In this document: positions 40,731 to 55,369 of the stretch, in pieces
How the letters are laid out: each line of letters starts with the position of its first letter
Numbering within the stretch: the stretch's first letter is position 1
Origin: the human T2T-CHM13v2.0 reference genome, Homo sapiens
Direction: 5' to 3' (one strand)
Length of the DNA stretch: 64,000 nucleotides
Assembly: GCF_009914755.1 (NCBI RefSeq)
Contig: NC_060933.1
The notes under the pieces: model-generated
What the model saw: only the letters and a program-made list of their open reading frames with translations
Told to the model about the DNA's origin: nothing
Databases searched by the model: none
Program-made: the position numbers and the translations under genes

Positions 40731-43116
40731 TATTAATAAGACCATCAGATTCTTCAGAAGAGGTTTCAACTATATACTAATATGGATAAAAGAATAGTAA
40801 TTTCTTACATCCTTACAAACAGCTTTCCTTTTTTCACTTTTTTCTTTCTTAAATTTAAAATACTTTGATTATGAATGTCAGGACTGACATTGTTGGGTTT
40901 ATGTTAGACATCTGAATGTAAGAGAGCAAGAGTCAATGACTTGCTCAGGTCCTGGAATATGGGCCTTCCCTACAATCATAGACCACAGAGATGGACTCTT
41001 ATTTGGAGCTCAATACATGTTTGTGGAATACATGAATGAATTGTAAGTCTTGCATATTTTTCATCTTTTGATCAGACATTACCATATCCATTTGAGAAGT
41101 GAAGAAATTGAGTCTTACAGAAGGCCAGGGTCTTGCTCACAGTCATAAAACTAATTAATAAAAGAAACAGGATTAGACTCCAATCCCACTTGCTTCCAAT
41201 CCTGCACTGATACCCTCTTATCGTCTTGGTCCTGCTACGTACAAACCAGAGCACAGACAAACCTGGGAAGGAAATCGTTCTCAGAACTGCAATTCCATCC
41301 AGATTGCTCCTCTCTTTGGAGGCTGCTTCCCCCCTCCTTTATAAGTTTTTCTTTTCTGGATGACTGTCCACACTCCATAGCAGGCAAGCCGATGCTCCCC
41401 AGTAATGTCAGCTGAGGTCTGGTGCCTCCATTATGTTTGATTAGGCAAGTTTCTTGTTCTGTGACAATCTGCAGAGAACACACATAATAAATCAGAAGTC
41501 TATGGAAAGTTTAGGAATGAAAGACATCTCTTGCAGACCTGAGGAGCTGAGAGCTCATTTTTGAGACCCTGCAGGAAACAAAACAAAACAAAACAAAGCT
41601 GCGGCCTTAAAAAACACATTTCCTTTGCTTTCAGAGGAACTTGTCTGTACCATTTTTTTGCCACTTAATATATTCTCCTTTTTACTGGCTGAGTTCCAAA
41701 AGGGTGGACCTCCATTCAGGACCCAGGCTGAGGAAATAGAAAAAAAAATACAAGAAGCTGGGATACAAGGAAGCTAACTAAGCTGGACAGTCAGTGTAGG
41801 ATATCAACTGTGTGAATTTCAGCATCACATGCCTAGGTTCAAATCCCAATTTCTCCACCAGCCAGTATATGGGAAGCTTCACTGTAGAAGTTTAGTTTCA
41901 TGTATCTTATTACCAACTGGTAAAATCCTAGGTCTTGAGGTCCTGTGGTGGTTGAAAAGGCAGGATGAAGAGATGGGTACATGGTATCACAAAACTAACA
42001 TTCATGCTGTACTTTTCTTATTCTGAGCACTTGCTCAGCACCTATGAAGTATTAGATTACAGTATTTTATTCTTTCCATTTACCAGATTCTTAGGAGTCC
42101 TCCAAAGGGCCCAGGGTTCCTAGACCCAGGGTTCTTCTTTACTCTTTGCCATGATACTTATTTTGCAATAATCCTGTCCTAACTGCCTAAGTTGAATATC
42201 CTGGACTTAAGGTTTAGCAACAAAAGGAAAGTTGATTTCTGATGGAACACAAGAACATTTTAGAAAGGAGAAATCTTTTCTCCTAAAGGAAACCGTGAAT
42301 GAAACTGAAAGAAACTTCACCTTTGCTAATTATAATCTTGATATGCCCAGGCTTTACTAGCATGTGATGAGAGATGTTATCACATAAATATTACACCTGG
42401 ATTTTGCTAGCTTGAAGCCTGAACGTAATGATCGCTTACAAAGTGCCCCAGGATATTTAAGTCCTCACAGTCTCTACACCTGCCACAGAAGGGTCTATGT
42501 GGACAAGTAAAATTGTGCTACAGCCAGCACTGAGTTTGTCTTTGGCAGGTTCAGGTGGCATCCCTGAGTATAGATTCTCACTAATTACTCTAGTCACTGG
42601 CCCTAATTTTTCATAGTGCAGAGGCAGTCGGGGGTTATTCAAAAAGAGGGAGGTTGCAACCTCTAGGTTATGCTCGGTCATGCATAGTTGCTTAGTATTT
42701 TAGAGTTTACTGAAATCATTCTTCTAAATTACACACACTTAGCCAATTTTTTGCCCGAGCACACAAACACCATCCAGGTGATGGTATTGGGCTGGATTCA
42801 AGTTCTGTATTACCTGGAACACTACTGGCCTCAAGCCACTGCTAGATTATTGAGTCTGCCTCAATATATCACAGTTTTTTTTCTTCATGATGGCTTTTGG
42901 GGGGCTTTTAGTAGACTCTGGAATAAATTGGCTTCTAGTACATCCTCTCATTCCTGTAGGTTTTCAGTGCACAGATGGGATCTGAGAGGGAAACAGTTGT
43001 GAAGCAGCCCCAAGGGATGGTGCTCCCAATGGCTGCAGCATTATATAACTGGAATGACACAGGGCACAACTTACACATACTTAGTGCCCCTTTCCCTAAT
43101 TATTTCTGTCAGACAA

Positions 43117-43532
43117 TGTTATGGACTGAATTGAAGCCCCTCAGAATGCATATGTTGATGCCCCAACTCTCAGTATCTCAAAGTGTGATTGTCTTTAGAG
43201 ACAGGGTCTTTAAATATGTGTTTGAGTTAAAATGAGGCCGTTAAGATGGAGTCCTAATTCAATGTGACTGGTGTCCTTGTAAGAAGAGAGTGAAACAGCA
43301 GGGGCACATGTGCACAGAAATGCCTTTGTGAGAACAATGCAGTGAGAAGCCTGCCATTTACAAACCAAGGCCACAGGCCTGAAACAGATCCTGCCATTAC
43401 GGCACTCAGAAAAAAACAATTCTACTAGCATGTTGATTTTGGACCTCCAACCTCCAGCAGTGTAGGGAAATAAATTTCTTTTTGTTTACACCACTCAGTT
43501 TTTGCTAATGTCAAGCTTGGAGAATGATTACA
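43117..43532 (+). mobile_element. MaLR solo LTR (MLT1B-like)
   Basis: TGTTATGGACTGAATTG...AGGGTCTTTAAA...GACTGGTGTCCTTGTAAGAAGAG...AATAAATTTCT. Confidence 0.88.
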
Positions 43533-44029
43533 GGCCACTTTAATCCACCTCCAATAAATAAACCAAGCATGAACAGATTTTGCAAATGTAGCTTCCAAAC
43601 TAATACATTACATCTCAGGTCCAATCAGATTGCTGCCTAACCCCAGACCCACCTGCCATAATACTCTCCTATAAGAGACTTTCACTATCTTTTTAATTAC
43701 CTCCAGAAATAGCTACCCAGATCATGCCTAGTTACTAGAGGCATATTGCATGGCTCTGAACAAAAGCTATATTCCTCCTCCAACTTGGGACACTCTATCT
43801 CTTCCCTATGGGGTCATTCTTGTATCCTAAGCTAGTGCCTTTTATTAGGCATCCAAGGTCTATGCAGTTCCTCTACTGTAGTGATACTACACATACCACT
43901 AGTTGTGATATGTGTTCAGGCTCCCAAACCAGACAAATGTAACCCTGATATTTACTAGTTGCATAATCTTAGGGTTGTCATTTATCTTTTCAAAACTTAA
44001 GTTTTCTCATCTGCAAAGGGCATGATAGT

Positions 44030-44375
44030 TGTCTTAGTCAGTTTGAGCTGAGTACCATAGATTGAGTGGCTTAATAACAACATAAATTTATTTCTCACAG
44101 TTCTGAAGGCTGGGAAGTCTGAGCAGAGCATCAGCATGGTCTGTTCTAGTGAGAGTCCTCTTCCAGGTTGCAGACACAGTCTTATTGCTGTGTCCTCCTT
44201 GGTGGAAGAGAGGTAGCTAGTTCTCAACCTCTTATAAGGACACTAATCCCATTTATGAGAGTTCCACCCTCATGACCTAATTACCCCCTTGAAAGCCCCA
44301 CCTCCTAATATTATCACATTGGGATTAGGGTTTCAACATATGAATTTGGGGGACACAAACATTCATTCCACTGCA
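44030..44375 (-). mobile_element. MaLR solo LTR (MLT1A-like) inserted into a MIR (~43905-44460)
   Basis: TGTCTTAGTCAGTTTGAGCTG...ACAAACATTCATTCCACTGCA; perfect 5 bp TSD ATAGT at 44025-44029 and 44376-44380; MIR sequence on both sides. Confidence 0.9.
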
Positions 44376-46229
44376 ATAGTAGACACTTTGTTGGGCTCTT
44401 ACAAAATCATTCATATAAAATTCTTGGTTTAGTGCATGGCTCATGGTAATCATTCAACAATTGCTCAGGTGGGAGGTTGATCATATTATTGTTAGTGTTG
44501 GAACCTGCTGTTCTCATCTTCTAACATTATCTGATTCACTTTCATTGACGGCCTCAGCATTCTTTCAGTATATAAAATAATTTCTCTGTTGTGGGGTATT
44601 TTCTCACCAGTCTTTATTTTGTTATTAGTCGCCATAGAGGTAAAATCGATGTTTTCCACAACACTCTAAATTTATAGGGCTGGGAGAGCCACTTTCCATT
44701 CCCCTCAGAAGACACAGGATGAGGCAGAGTAGGCGTGGGAGAAACCTATTTTTCTCTTGGCAATTGCCTCTAGGACACATTCTTTATTTAAGAATAAGAA
44801 CCTTTAACAATAACCCTGAGTCACAAGTATCACACACGGCAGACACTACATTTACAAAAACACCTCAGTGAAGGCTGTATAAAAACCTAAAGTTTGTGCA
44901 TCTCATATGATCTTTTTTATCAGTTTCATGGCTGACACACGAGTTTTCTCTGAAGAGGTGTACGCTTTTCACAGTCACTCAGTATTTTTAAAAAAGGAAA
45001 TTAAAGCATTTAAAGAACATGAACTATATGCTGTGCTATGTGCCATTGATTTCTCACAGCAGACTTTTAAGTTATTTTGTTTCCACGCTACATATGAGAA
45101 AAATTGAGACTCTGAAGAGCTAAACAACTTAACCAAGGTCATAGACTGGTTTATTTAATTTTAAATAATCTATTCTGGAATTTTTATGAACACCATGAAA
45201 TTTACCCTATATTAAACAGTGATTAGGTAGAGGGAAAAGAGGGAGTTTTCTTGGTCTACAAAGAGAATATTATCATTTAAAAATATATATCAACACCATT
45301 GAAAAACAAAAATTATCTCTAATCCTACCACCTAGAGATCATCACTTCCCACATTTTCATCAATTAAACAATAATTGTGATTTGTATAGGAAACTTTCAA
45401 TCGTTCATATCAATGCAAGGGAGAGAAAAGGGTGGAGAATCTAAAAATCATTTCTGTCTGCATTGCGTGCTTTTGGGAGTAGAAAATTAACCTTTTTGAT
45501 CATGTTCTGCGTGGGCTAATGACTAAAATTGCTTTTCCTTTCCCAACTGATCCCAATTCAGGGCAGAGTCTCAGAAGCATTTTGCTGACAAGGGATTAAA
45601 ACGTGCTGCGGCTAATTCAAGAAGTGGAAACTCCTCACATGGATAATTAAGATCTGACTGCAGAACAAAAGCTTGAACGTTGTTGTAGACTGGGGGCTCT
45701 CCAGCGTTTCAAACACTTTATCCGCAGAGCCATCTTGAAAGGTAGATTCCATTCAATTTGCCTGGCATTCATTGTGAGACTGACTTACTCTGCAGTGTGT
45801 TAAATGTCCAGGAAACAGTGTCTGATTATAAGGGACAGGCAATCTAGTGAAGGAGGCTGGTATGCATACCACTAACTTTAATAATAGTAACAGTGATCAT
45901 TTTAGCTAACATTTATTAAGCAATTACTTTCCCTAGGTCCAGCTCTATTCTAAGCTCCTTAAATGTATTAACTCATTTAATCCTCATATAAAGGATAGTG
46001 GAACCAGTGGAAAACACTATTCATTTAGAGAAGAAATGGTTTATCCTGAAGTAGGAGCTTAGAAGGGCTTCAAGTACTATTGTCATAGCTAGAAGCTCAT
46101 ATCCTGACTGGACCATATTTCCAAATCTGATATTAGCGATCTCTCGATAGCTGAGGCACGTACACAGGTGGTTCGGGCAGGAGTCCTTCTGCTACATCTG
46201 TTTATTCCTTTTCCTCTCATTAACAGTGA

Positions 46230-46913
46230 CCGCCTGGTTCACAATAAGTCCCTCTCCTCTAGGAACAGTCTCCCCAACACATACAGTGGACTCCACTTGC
46301 CATGCCTCTGTGACCACATATGGCACTGCCTCTCTGGACATAGCTGATTAGACCAGGCATTGGCACCAAATGAAGCTGGGCCATTTAGATACTAATACTG
46401 GATTATTTCCACTAAAAGTAAGGGGAAAACATCAGTCTTTCTCTGGTAGTAGGAACTGAGGAATGTGGATGTTTGAGAGCTGTTGGTAACTGTGGTAGCC
46501 ATGAGAATAGGCCACTCAGATCTCTGCTTAGGGGAGTGTAATGAACCTGACCTAGAGCCCCAGTGCTGACTATGTGTCCACTGTCTGTTCACATGGAGGC
46601 CACACTGCTCTCAGCCTGTGACTGGGCGCAGCATGAGAGGGAAGACAGACTATCTGTGAGACAGGCAACTTTGGCTCCAGGACTCCCCACAAGCACAGCT
46701 GAAACTTTCTTAGAATAGCATGCAGCCCAAACTCTACCCATCCAACATTCCTTCCTTCCTCCTCCCCTTCACAGGGGTCAGGTGTGCTCACAGTGTGGTA
46801 CCTCTCACTGTCTCTTCTGGTTCCCTCCCCTTATTCCCTCCTTCCCCAACAAAAGCCATGCACATCTGATCCCATCTTGGCATCTGCTTCTTTGAAGAAG
46901 TGAATTAATGTCA
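46230..46913. mobile_element. ERVL-type LTR fragments (LTR16/33/41-like)
   Basis: GCTGATTAGACCAGGC...AAGCTGGGCCA; TGCACATCTGATCCCATCTTGGCATCTGCTTCT terminus. Confidence 0.55.
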
Positions 46914-49218
46914 GGACTTTCTCTTTGTGTGATCTTTGATCCTTGGGTACTAGACAGTTTCTTCATAAGGTAATGGTAATGTTCGAAGTATCACATTTGC
47001 GGATGTCAAATTAGCCACCCAGCCAAGACCAGAGTCTATGGTGGAGGGGATTACACAAGGTTGTGGATACTCAAAAGTGATTCACTGGCCATCATCAGTA
47101 TAAACATCTACTGCAGCTACTACCAAGAAAGTTACCTGCATTTCCCAAAAACTGTAATTTATAGAGAGGTAATTTTATGTCCTGTCTTCTGGAGAAAAAC
47201 CACATGCAAATAGATACACGGAAATGACAAAGATTGTTCTGGAAATTATCATAAGTAGAAGTAATTTTTAGAAAAGAAACTGTATTTGTATCTAAGTGGC
47301 TCATTGAAATATCTCTCTGGAGGTAGGGCTGGTATTTCTAAGTCTTCTTTAATCTTTGGGAACAAAATAGAGAAAGGAGGACAAACTGAAGCTTTGGTAA
47401 TGCTGAGTTAATTGGTGTTTTTTTCAATATGAACCATGCTCTGTGGGCAATCCTTCATTCAGCAAATCACCTGTGAGGCTATCCCACAAAAAGACAGTGG
47501 ACAGAAGTGTAGCTAAGTTCTACTGTTAGTGGAAGTAAAGGTGGGAGGAATAGGGAGGGCCTTGTGTTGCTGTTCGGTAGGAAATTGAGCACATTTAAAA
47601 AAGTGTTCCTTTTTTGGGACCTTTCCTATGAATTACATAGTCTTGGTCTCACAGTACTTCTTCATCTTTTAAAACTGGTCTTAGCATTCATTATGTTGCT
47701 TGAGGAATTGAAAGTAAGCCACTATTTAGAGCAATTGCAATAGATCCCTTTTTCTAAAACCACTATCCTTCTAATCGGGGGATGTTACATAAAAATAGGT
47801 GGACTGTGCAGTAAGAAAATTTAGTGATGAGTCTGGATTTTCTTACCTGTCCTCTTGAACTCCATTTTAACAATGTGGGATCTCCAGTTGAATTATGTAC
47901 TATGGCCATCAGTAACATTGAGGGGATCATACAGAGTGTTCTGTAGATTGTGAAGTACTCGTTTGTATATTTTTAATTTTTTTATTGAGGCCCAAAGCAA
48001 ATGAAAAGAGAGAGGTTCATTGATCCTGTGCTGGGTAAGAGAAAAATGACAATTCCTCCACTCTGAGGTCTTTTGAAGAAAGTTGAGAAACAGTGTTGTA
48101 TCTTGAAGCATTTCAATGACTCATACTCTTCCATCCAAAGTTCAGAAATTTATGGACAACGCACTGAGTCCATATTCTAGATTATCAGAACAAAGGGAGC
48201 AGGTTAGACAAGTAATTACTTCTTTCCTCATTTACACTGCTTCACATGTACTTAGCCCCCAGGGTCCATTTCCTGAAGTTCACACTATCAGAAATGTTCT
48301 GTGTTAACACCTTAAGTAGGCACAATACAACCTCACTTGGCGTTAGTATTGATTCTAGCCTCCAGGTACTTTATCTTGGGGGAGAAAAGTGTTTCAATAT
48401 TTACCTGTGTTATGTAACCACACATATCTGAGAAAGTTAGAATTAATTTCTGTCTGTGCTGCATCAGCACAGAAAGTAAATTAAATAAAGACTTTTTTAT
48501 TGAAAAGAAAGAGTCAGTTTCTTTTCTATAAACTGAGTTGATTACCTCAAGGTTTCATAGGTGTGGGCAAGTTGGGGGCAACTCAAAAACTCAAGCTCGT
48601 CTCCTGGGCAGTCACAAAGTTTACACCAGCCATAAAAATCCCAAGGCATTTGTGTTTAATGTTAATGAGGAAGTGGATCAGGTGAATCTACAAATCTCAA
48701 CAGGTGACAAATTACAAATTAGGCTGAGCTGCTTTTGGCCCCCTGGTGAAGGAGAACAGGGTTGCTGGGAGAAGGTGCTAGCTGATCCTCACGTTTGCTT
48801 ACAATAATGTGATAATGAAGTTCAACCCAAGAAAATCAGATGGAGCAGCCCTCTGGGAAGGCTGCCTCCTTCTTCTTTGCTACATTGTCTTTCTAAGAAT
48901 GTCAGCTACAACTTCTCACACCCTATATTTCAGAGGCCTTCACAATCTGTTCCCAACTTGCATGAAGCCTTTTGCCTTTTTATTGCCTATAGGGTAATGT
49001 GACTTCCAGTAGTTATGGTATCTAAAGCCCTTCTCAGATGGTTCCCAACCCTCTTTTCGCATCTTCTCTCTGACGACTTTACTTGCTCCTTCTCTTCAGA
49101 TAGGCAAGCGACTGGACTCCGTAGTATTCCACCCATGCCATTATTCTTGCAATTTCCTCTACCCAGAATATTATCTTGCTGTTTCTCTACCTCATCCACC
49201 AATGAATTCATCATTGTA

Positions 49219-49417
49219 CAGTGAAGTCCTCACTTAACATAGGTTCGTAGAAACTTGGACTTTAAGCAAAACAACATACCGTAAGTTCTTGAATAATATC
49301 ATTTCATTCAAGGTTGTTTCATTATAAGGTTGATTTTTAAAAATTGGTTTTCTTATATTTTGTTTAGCTTAAAGTCGCAATTTCCAAGAACCTATTGATG
49401 ATGTTGAGAACTTATTG
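49219..49417. mobile_element. MER6-family TcMar-Tigger MITE within an L2 fragment (~48980-49640)
   Basis: Inverted ends (TAGGTTCGTAGAAACTTGGACTTTAAGC vs GCTTAAAGTCGCAATTTCCAAGAACCTA); TA on both flanks. Confidence 0.75.
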
Positions 49418-49788
49418 TATTCTTCAAGATACAGCATAATTTCGACTCAAATTTTCTTTCTTTCACCTTCCAACAGATGGAATTAATACCTCCTCCTCCT
49501 ACTAATGCCATTCTAGCATTTTGCATAGACCTACCCATTATAAAGACTTAGACTTATAATCAAATAAATTTATTCAACGTGATGGTTTTTTTTTTTAACC
49601 TAAATCAGAAGTTCCTTCAGGACTGGGTCCAAATCCCTTTCAGATACACAATGCCAATTTCAGATTGTCTCCCCACTCCCAAACATGACATTAGGGTGAT
49701 AGCTTAAAGATGTGGAACCAGTGGCAGGACCTGAAAGTCGTATCCTAAATTATCCCCAAGGTAAAATAAGATGAAATTTATTTCATCT

Positions 49789-50196
49789 TGAGGTTAAATT
49801 TTATATGTAAATTTGGCTAGGCTATGGTACCCAATTGTTTGGTCAAACACTAGCCTAGATATTGCTATAGAGGTATTTTATGGTGATGATGAACATCTAC
49901 AATCAGTGACTTTGAGTAAAAGAGATTACCTTCGATAATGTGGGTGCAACTCATCCAAAAGTGAAAGCTTGAAGAGCAAAAATTGAGATTTACTGGAGAA
50001 GAAAAAATTCTACTTTCAGACAGTAACATAGAATTCTCAGTTTCCAGCTTGCTGGGCTGCTCTACAAATTTCACACTCAAGACTTCAAAATCAGTTCCTG
50101 CTTGAGTTTCCAGCCTCCCTCTTTGCTCTACAGATTGCAGAATTTTCAGCCCCTATAATCACGTGAGCCAATTCCTTAAAGTAAATCTCTTTATGT

Positions 50197-50248
<52 letters not shown>

Positions 50249-50287
50249 TCTTGGCTCTATTTCTCTGAAACTCTGACTGAATATACA
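49789..50287 (+). mobile_element. ERVL solo LTR (MLT2C/D-like)
   Basis: GGTTAAATTTTATATGTAAATTTGGCTAGGCTATGGTACCC...GTGAGCCAATTCCTTAAA...CTCTGACTGAATATACA. Confidence 0.88.
50199..50246. repeat. (AC)24 microsatellite within MLT2
   Basis: Uninterrupted run of 48 bp. Confidence 0.98.
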
Positions 50288-51274
50288 AACCAACTAGTTA
50301 GAGTAGAAGCTGAGGTATGCAGCCAAAGTGGGCACGAGAAACTGGAAAGTTAAGGAATAAAGAATAGCAGAGAAAGTGATAGGCAGAAATATATAATGTC
50401 CAGAGGTGAAGTGCAAATGCTCGTCAAGGCTTTTTATGGCTCTGAGGCTTGTGCAAGTCAATTTGGCAATTCTTATGACATAGTACATATCCATTAAATG
50501 TTGCTGAATAAACTAAAGAATGCATTTATGAATGAATTCATCAATACTGGCCTTCTCTTCTCTTCACAAAAACTTGATAGTTGGAAATAACAAGAGTCAG
50601 GATGTCTAGGACAATTCTGACTCCTGGACAAAGTAATCACCAATCAGGCTAAGTGCTCTTTATCCCTTTCACAGCCACAAGTTGAACAGTGAAATAACAA
50701 GCCTACACCAAGGTAAAGTAATAATGTTTTCCTATTTAAAGTTTTACCATGTTAAGTGAGATAGCTTTCTCAGCATAAGGGTGACGCAGACAAGCAGAAA
50801 ATGGCTGCCTGCTAGTGCCGGCTTCTTTAGTTTGGCTGTTGAAATCATCATAGAAGCTATCAAGGGCTGGGGGCACTCCTTTGCTACACACATCATCTTT
50901 CCAGTAACATCTGCTCACTGGGCCAAGGATCAATTATCTCTATAGAGGAGATATTGCTGCCAGTCCTCAAGGCAAAACCCTGCATGTGAGGCCAGTCTTG
51001 GACAACATCCCAGAAGCTTGATTTTACCCTCTGGACATCATTTAATCTCAGTCAAAGGGTTTTGCTCTTTGTCCCCAGGTATATGCAGAATGCACACCTC
51101 AGAGGAAGTGACAGAACAGATTGTGGCTTTTAAAAGAGTTTGGGTACTGCCATGAATGGCAAGGTTCTCTTGACTACTATGTAGCTGTCATCAGGGTAGG
51201 TATAGCAGTCCAGTCTCTCCTCTATTGAGGACTGTATTTTGTTGCCAACTAGTAGCTCCCACTTTATCTTCTAT

Positions 51275-51460
51275 TCTTTCATTCAACAAACATTTATTGA
51301 GCACCTACTGTGTGCAAGGTGTTACTGAGAGAAAGGAGGCTACAGGGAGGAATTATATGTAAAACTTCTACTGCTGGCAGAAACACCAAGTTATTACATT
51401 GCACAGATAATGTGGCAAGAAAAAAGATATAGATTAATCCATAAGAATTTAGGGGGACAA
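51275..51460 (-). mobile_element. L2 3' end
   Basis: TTCATTCAACAAACATTTATTGAGCACCTACTGTGTGCAAGG. Confidence 0.8.
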
Positions 51461-51464
51461 AAAA

Positions 51465-51788
<324 letters not shown>

Positions 51789-54207
51789 CAAATAACTTCA
51801 AATAGGGCAGTTTAACCCAAACCTCTATAAGCATAGAATCATTTTACAGAGGAGCAGTATGCACAGATAAGATTTCAAGAGGCATTCTTTGGGAAATGCT
51901 GCAATCAAGCTTTTGGATGTATTCTTTCCCTTGAGAGTTTTATATTTATCAATTATTTCCCAAGCTATATGCCTTGGAGCACTAGACTTCTACAAGATAT
52001 TAATCACAGTTCTATATGGATTCTCAGGTCAAATAAATTTGGGATTAAGAAAAGCTGCATATTTACTCCCTCCTCTGCCCTTTCCAATAGATTTTTAATC
52101 AGTTTTTGGTGTCTCAGCATTTTTCAGGATGTTGAGAGATAACCTATTAACACGTTAAAAATTTTAAGATATCCAGCAGAAAAGAATTCTGATTAGGAAA
52201 TATTTAAATGGAGACTCAGCTTGGCTTTATGGTGGCATCTAAGATGAGCCTTAAGGGGACAGAAAGGATTGTTGTTGAGAACAGGCCTTTTTATTTGGGC
52301 AGAGTATGTTGTCCTTGCTGTCATATTCTATGGCCACAGGCCTCTTTTGAAAACTGGCATTGTCTCTGTATCTTTCCTTGTCATTTCTTCGGGTGAAGAG
52401 CCTGAGGAGAGGCACCCCATTTCCCCCTCCACCTCAGCACTGCTGTGCAGTTCCGAGATTTCTCTAAAATGACTCCCAGGTTCTGGGAGTTAATGCCTGA
52501 GAGTTTGAAATGCTTCCTTTGTCACTGCCAGTTATATCTCCAAGCAGTAACTTCTCAGGATTGCTTAGTAAGAGTTCCACCTGAGCTGAGGAATGGTGTG
52601 TTTTCTATTGATAGAGTTTTTAAATGGGGAAATTCATTCAAGTGGAGCTTTTTATGGCTTTGCTAGGTTAATTGGGAAATTGGTGACATTGCTACTAGTG
52701 TTCTTGAGGATGAAACGACAAAGAGGAAGATTGCAAGCAATCTGAGAGGTTGAAGTCAGCTACATGAGAAAGCAAGAAAGAGATGAGGTCATCTAGTTCA
52801 ACTATTGGAGTGCAGATCTTAAGATGTCTATTCTGTTGGAAAACATAGATACAGGGGGGAAAGGAAGATAATCGAGAAGGAGAGAAAGGAAAGGAGATTA
52901 AAAATTTGACTTTCTCATATGCTTACCCACTCCAGGAATGGGCAATCTTTACTGCCTCAGTCTGAGAGGTCTCTCTTCTCTCTAGCCTGTCCTTTTGCAG
53001 ATCTTTATTCTCTCATCCCCACATACACACAGCCCTCATTTATATTCTAGCTTTTACCCAAACTTCTAGAAAATTCCCTGTTTTTTTTTTTTTTAAGTCA
53101 CCCTTTTGTTATCTAACTCAGCTCTCTAACTTTAAACAGAAGGTCTGATCCTTGCATCGTAAGGCCAGGATACAAACAAACAAAAACAGCATTTGGCCAA
53201 TCCCTATTTCTTTAATGGTAAAAAATATTAATTTATTTTAGGGTTTCTTTAAGACTATTCAATAATAACTCAGTTATTTCCAGCTTATGATTTAGTTCGA
53301 ATCAGTCCTTCCAAACCCAGTTCCTCCTCAGAGTGTCCTCATCCAGATTCTCATCCAGATTCCTAAAAGCCTTTGGCAGCAGCCCAGAAATGATGCCAGA
53401 GAGGGATTGGTCCACTTCCCGGAGGTCACTGATGCAACATGGTTTTTGCCCCTTGGAATGCCCAGTGCTTGCTCCAGAAGGTAGTGACTGGTTGTCGTTG
53501 TTCCTTCGGTACTCCCTTAACTCCTTGATATTGGTAATCTTTGGTAAACTGCAGATATGTCCTCCTTCAGTCCCCAGATTGGCAGTCTACTCATATGTTC
53601 TGATGTAGAGTCCTTCCTGGCCCAGCCAAGGTAATCCCCAAGAAGGCCCTCAGGCTCTCTCTCAACAAAAGCCTTTTCTCATGGTGGTCTTAGCCTCCTC
53701 TGATGCCAAGATATGCCTGTCACCATCTCTGTTGATCTCTGTCATCACCAAGGCATATTTGCCAACTTCAACTCTTTAAAAAAACACACACACAAAAGTT
53801 CCAACATTTCATAAGGGAAGCAGGGCACCAATCTGTTTACTCTAGAGGCACTCACATTTCTTGGTTATTATCTACCATTCTTCTCAATTTATTTTACTTG
53901 TATGAAAAATGAGCAAGACTCATTCCTGTACAGCTTCTTCCTCTATGAGCTCCTCTGGGTCAGAAATAAAGTGATATTTTCTTGTTAGCATCTCTGGAAA
54001 AAATCACTTTTGACCCGTACTATGTTGGTTCTTTTTGAATTTATATGCTTAGAATGTGGCATTTCCGTGGGGGTTGTCTATACTGCACATGCCCCTTTGT
54101 TTATATACTATGTGACCAGGGGTCTGCAGCTATGATGAGTCAGACCAAATTACCCTGCCAATGCATACTTTGAAATAGTATTTTGCCTCATGTGTATAAC
54201 TATAAAT

Positions 54208-55369
54208 TGATACAGTTATATAGTGTCCCTGCCCAAATCTCATGTCAAATTGTAATCCCCATTGTTGGAGGTGGAGCCTAGTGGGATCATGGGAGCAGAT
54301 TCCCCCACTTGATGCTGTTCTCATGATAGAGTTCTTCCAAGATCTGGTTGTTTAAAAGTGTGTGGCACCTTCTTACTCTCTCTCCCTCTTCCTCTTATCC
54401 TGGCCATGTAAGACATGCCTACTTCCCCTTCACCTTCCACCATGTTTGAAAGTTTTCTGAGGTCTCCCCAGAAGCCATCATGCTTCTTGTACAGCCTTCA
54501 GAACCATGAATGAATTAAACCTCTTCTCTTTATAAATTACCCAGTCTCAAGTATTTCTTTGTAGCAGTATGAAAACAGACTAACACAGAAAAATGGCACT
54601 AGGAGTCGATCATTGCTATAAAGAGACCTGAAAATCTGAAAGCAACTTTGGAACTTAGTAATGGGCAGAAGTTGGAACAGTTTGGAGGGCTCAGACTTTC
54701 ATGGGGCCTGTAGCCCCTTGCTTTTGGCCAATTTCCCCCTTCTGGAAAGGAGCATTTACTCAATGCCTATACTCCCATTGCATCTTGGAAGTAACTAACT
54801 TGTTTTTGATTTTACAGACTTAAAGGCAGAAGGGACTAGCGTGATCACAGATGAGACTTGGGACTTGGGACTTTTGAGTTAATGCTGGAATGAGTTATGA
54901 TTTTGGGAGACTGCTGGGAAGGTGTGATTGCATTTTGAAATGTGAGAAGGACATGAGATTTGGGAGGGGCCGGGGCAGAATGATATCGTTTGGAATTGTG
55001 TCCTTGCCCAAATCGCATGTCTAACTGCAATCTCAGTGTTGGAGGTGGGGCCTGGTAGGAGGTGATGGGATCATGGGAGCAGATTACCCCATTTGGTGCT
55101 GTTCTCATCATAAAGTTCTTACGAGATCCAGTTGTTTAAAAGTGTGTGGCACCTCCCTACTCTCTCCTTCTTCCTCCTGCTCTAGCCATGTAAGACATGC
55201 CTGCTTCCCCTTCACCTTCCACCATGATTGAAAGTTTTCTGAGGCCTCCGCAGAAGCCATTATGCTTCCTGTACAGCCTGTGGAACCAAGAGCCAATTAA
55301 ACCTTTTTTCTTTATAAATTACCCAATCTCAAGTATTTCTTTATAGCAGCCAGAGAACAGACTAATACA
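54208..55369 (+). mobile_element. MSTA-like MaLR provirus with internal deletion: LTR 54208-54587, residual internal 54588-54980, LTR 54981-55369
   Basis: Two homologous LTRs; internal region only ~390 bp, joined at GGAGGGC-TCAGA-CTTTCATGGGGCC. Confidence 0.92.

Noticed and set aside
52880-54140. Possible ancient LTR or other repeat, with a 12 bp tandem duplication at 53338-53361
   Set aside because: Family could not be assigned; the duplication is trivial slippage
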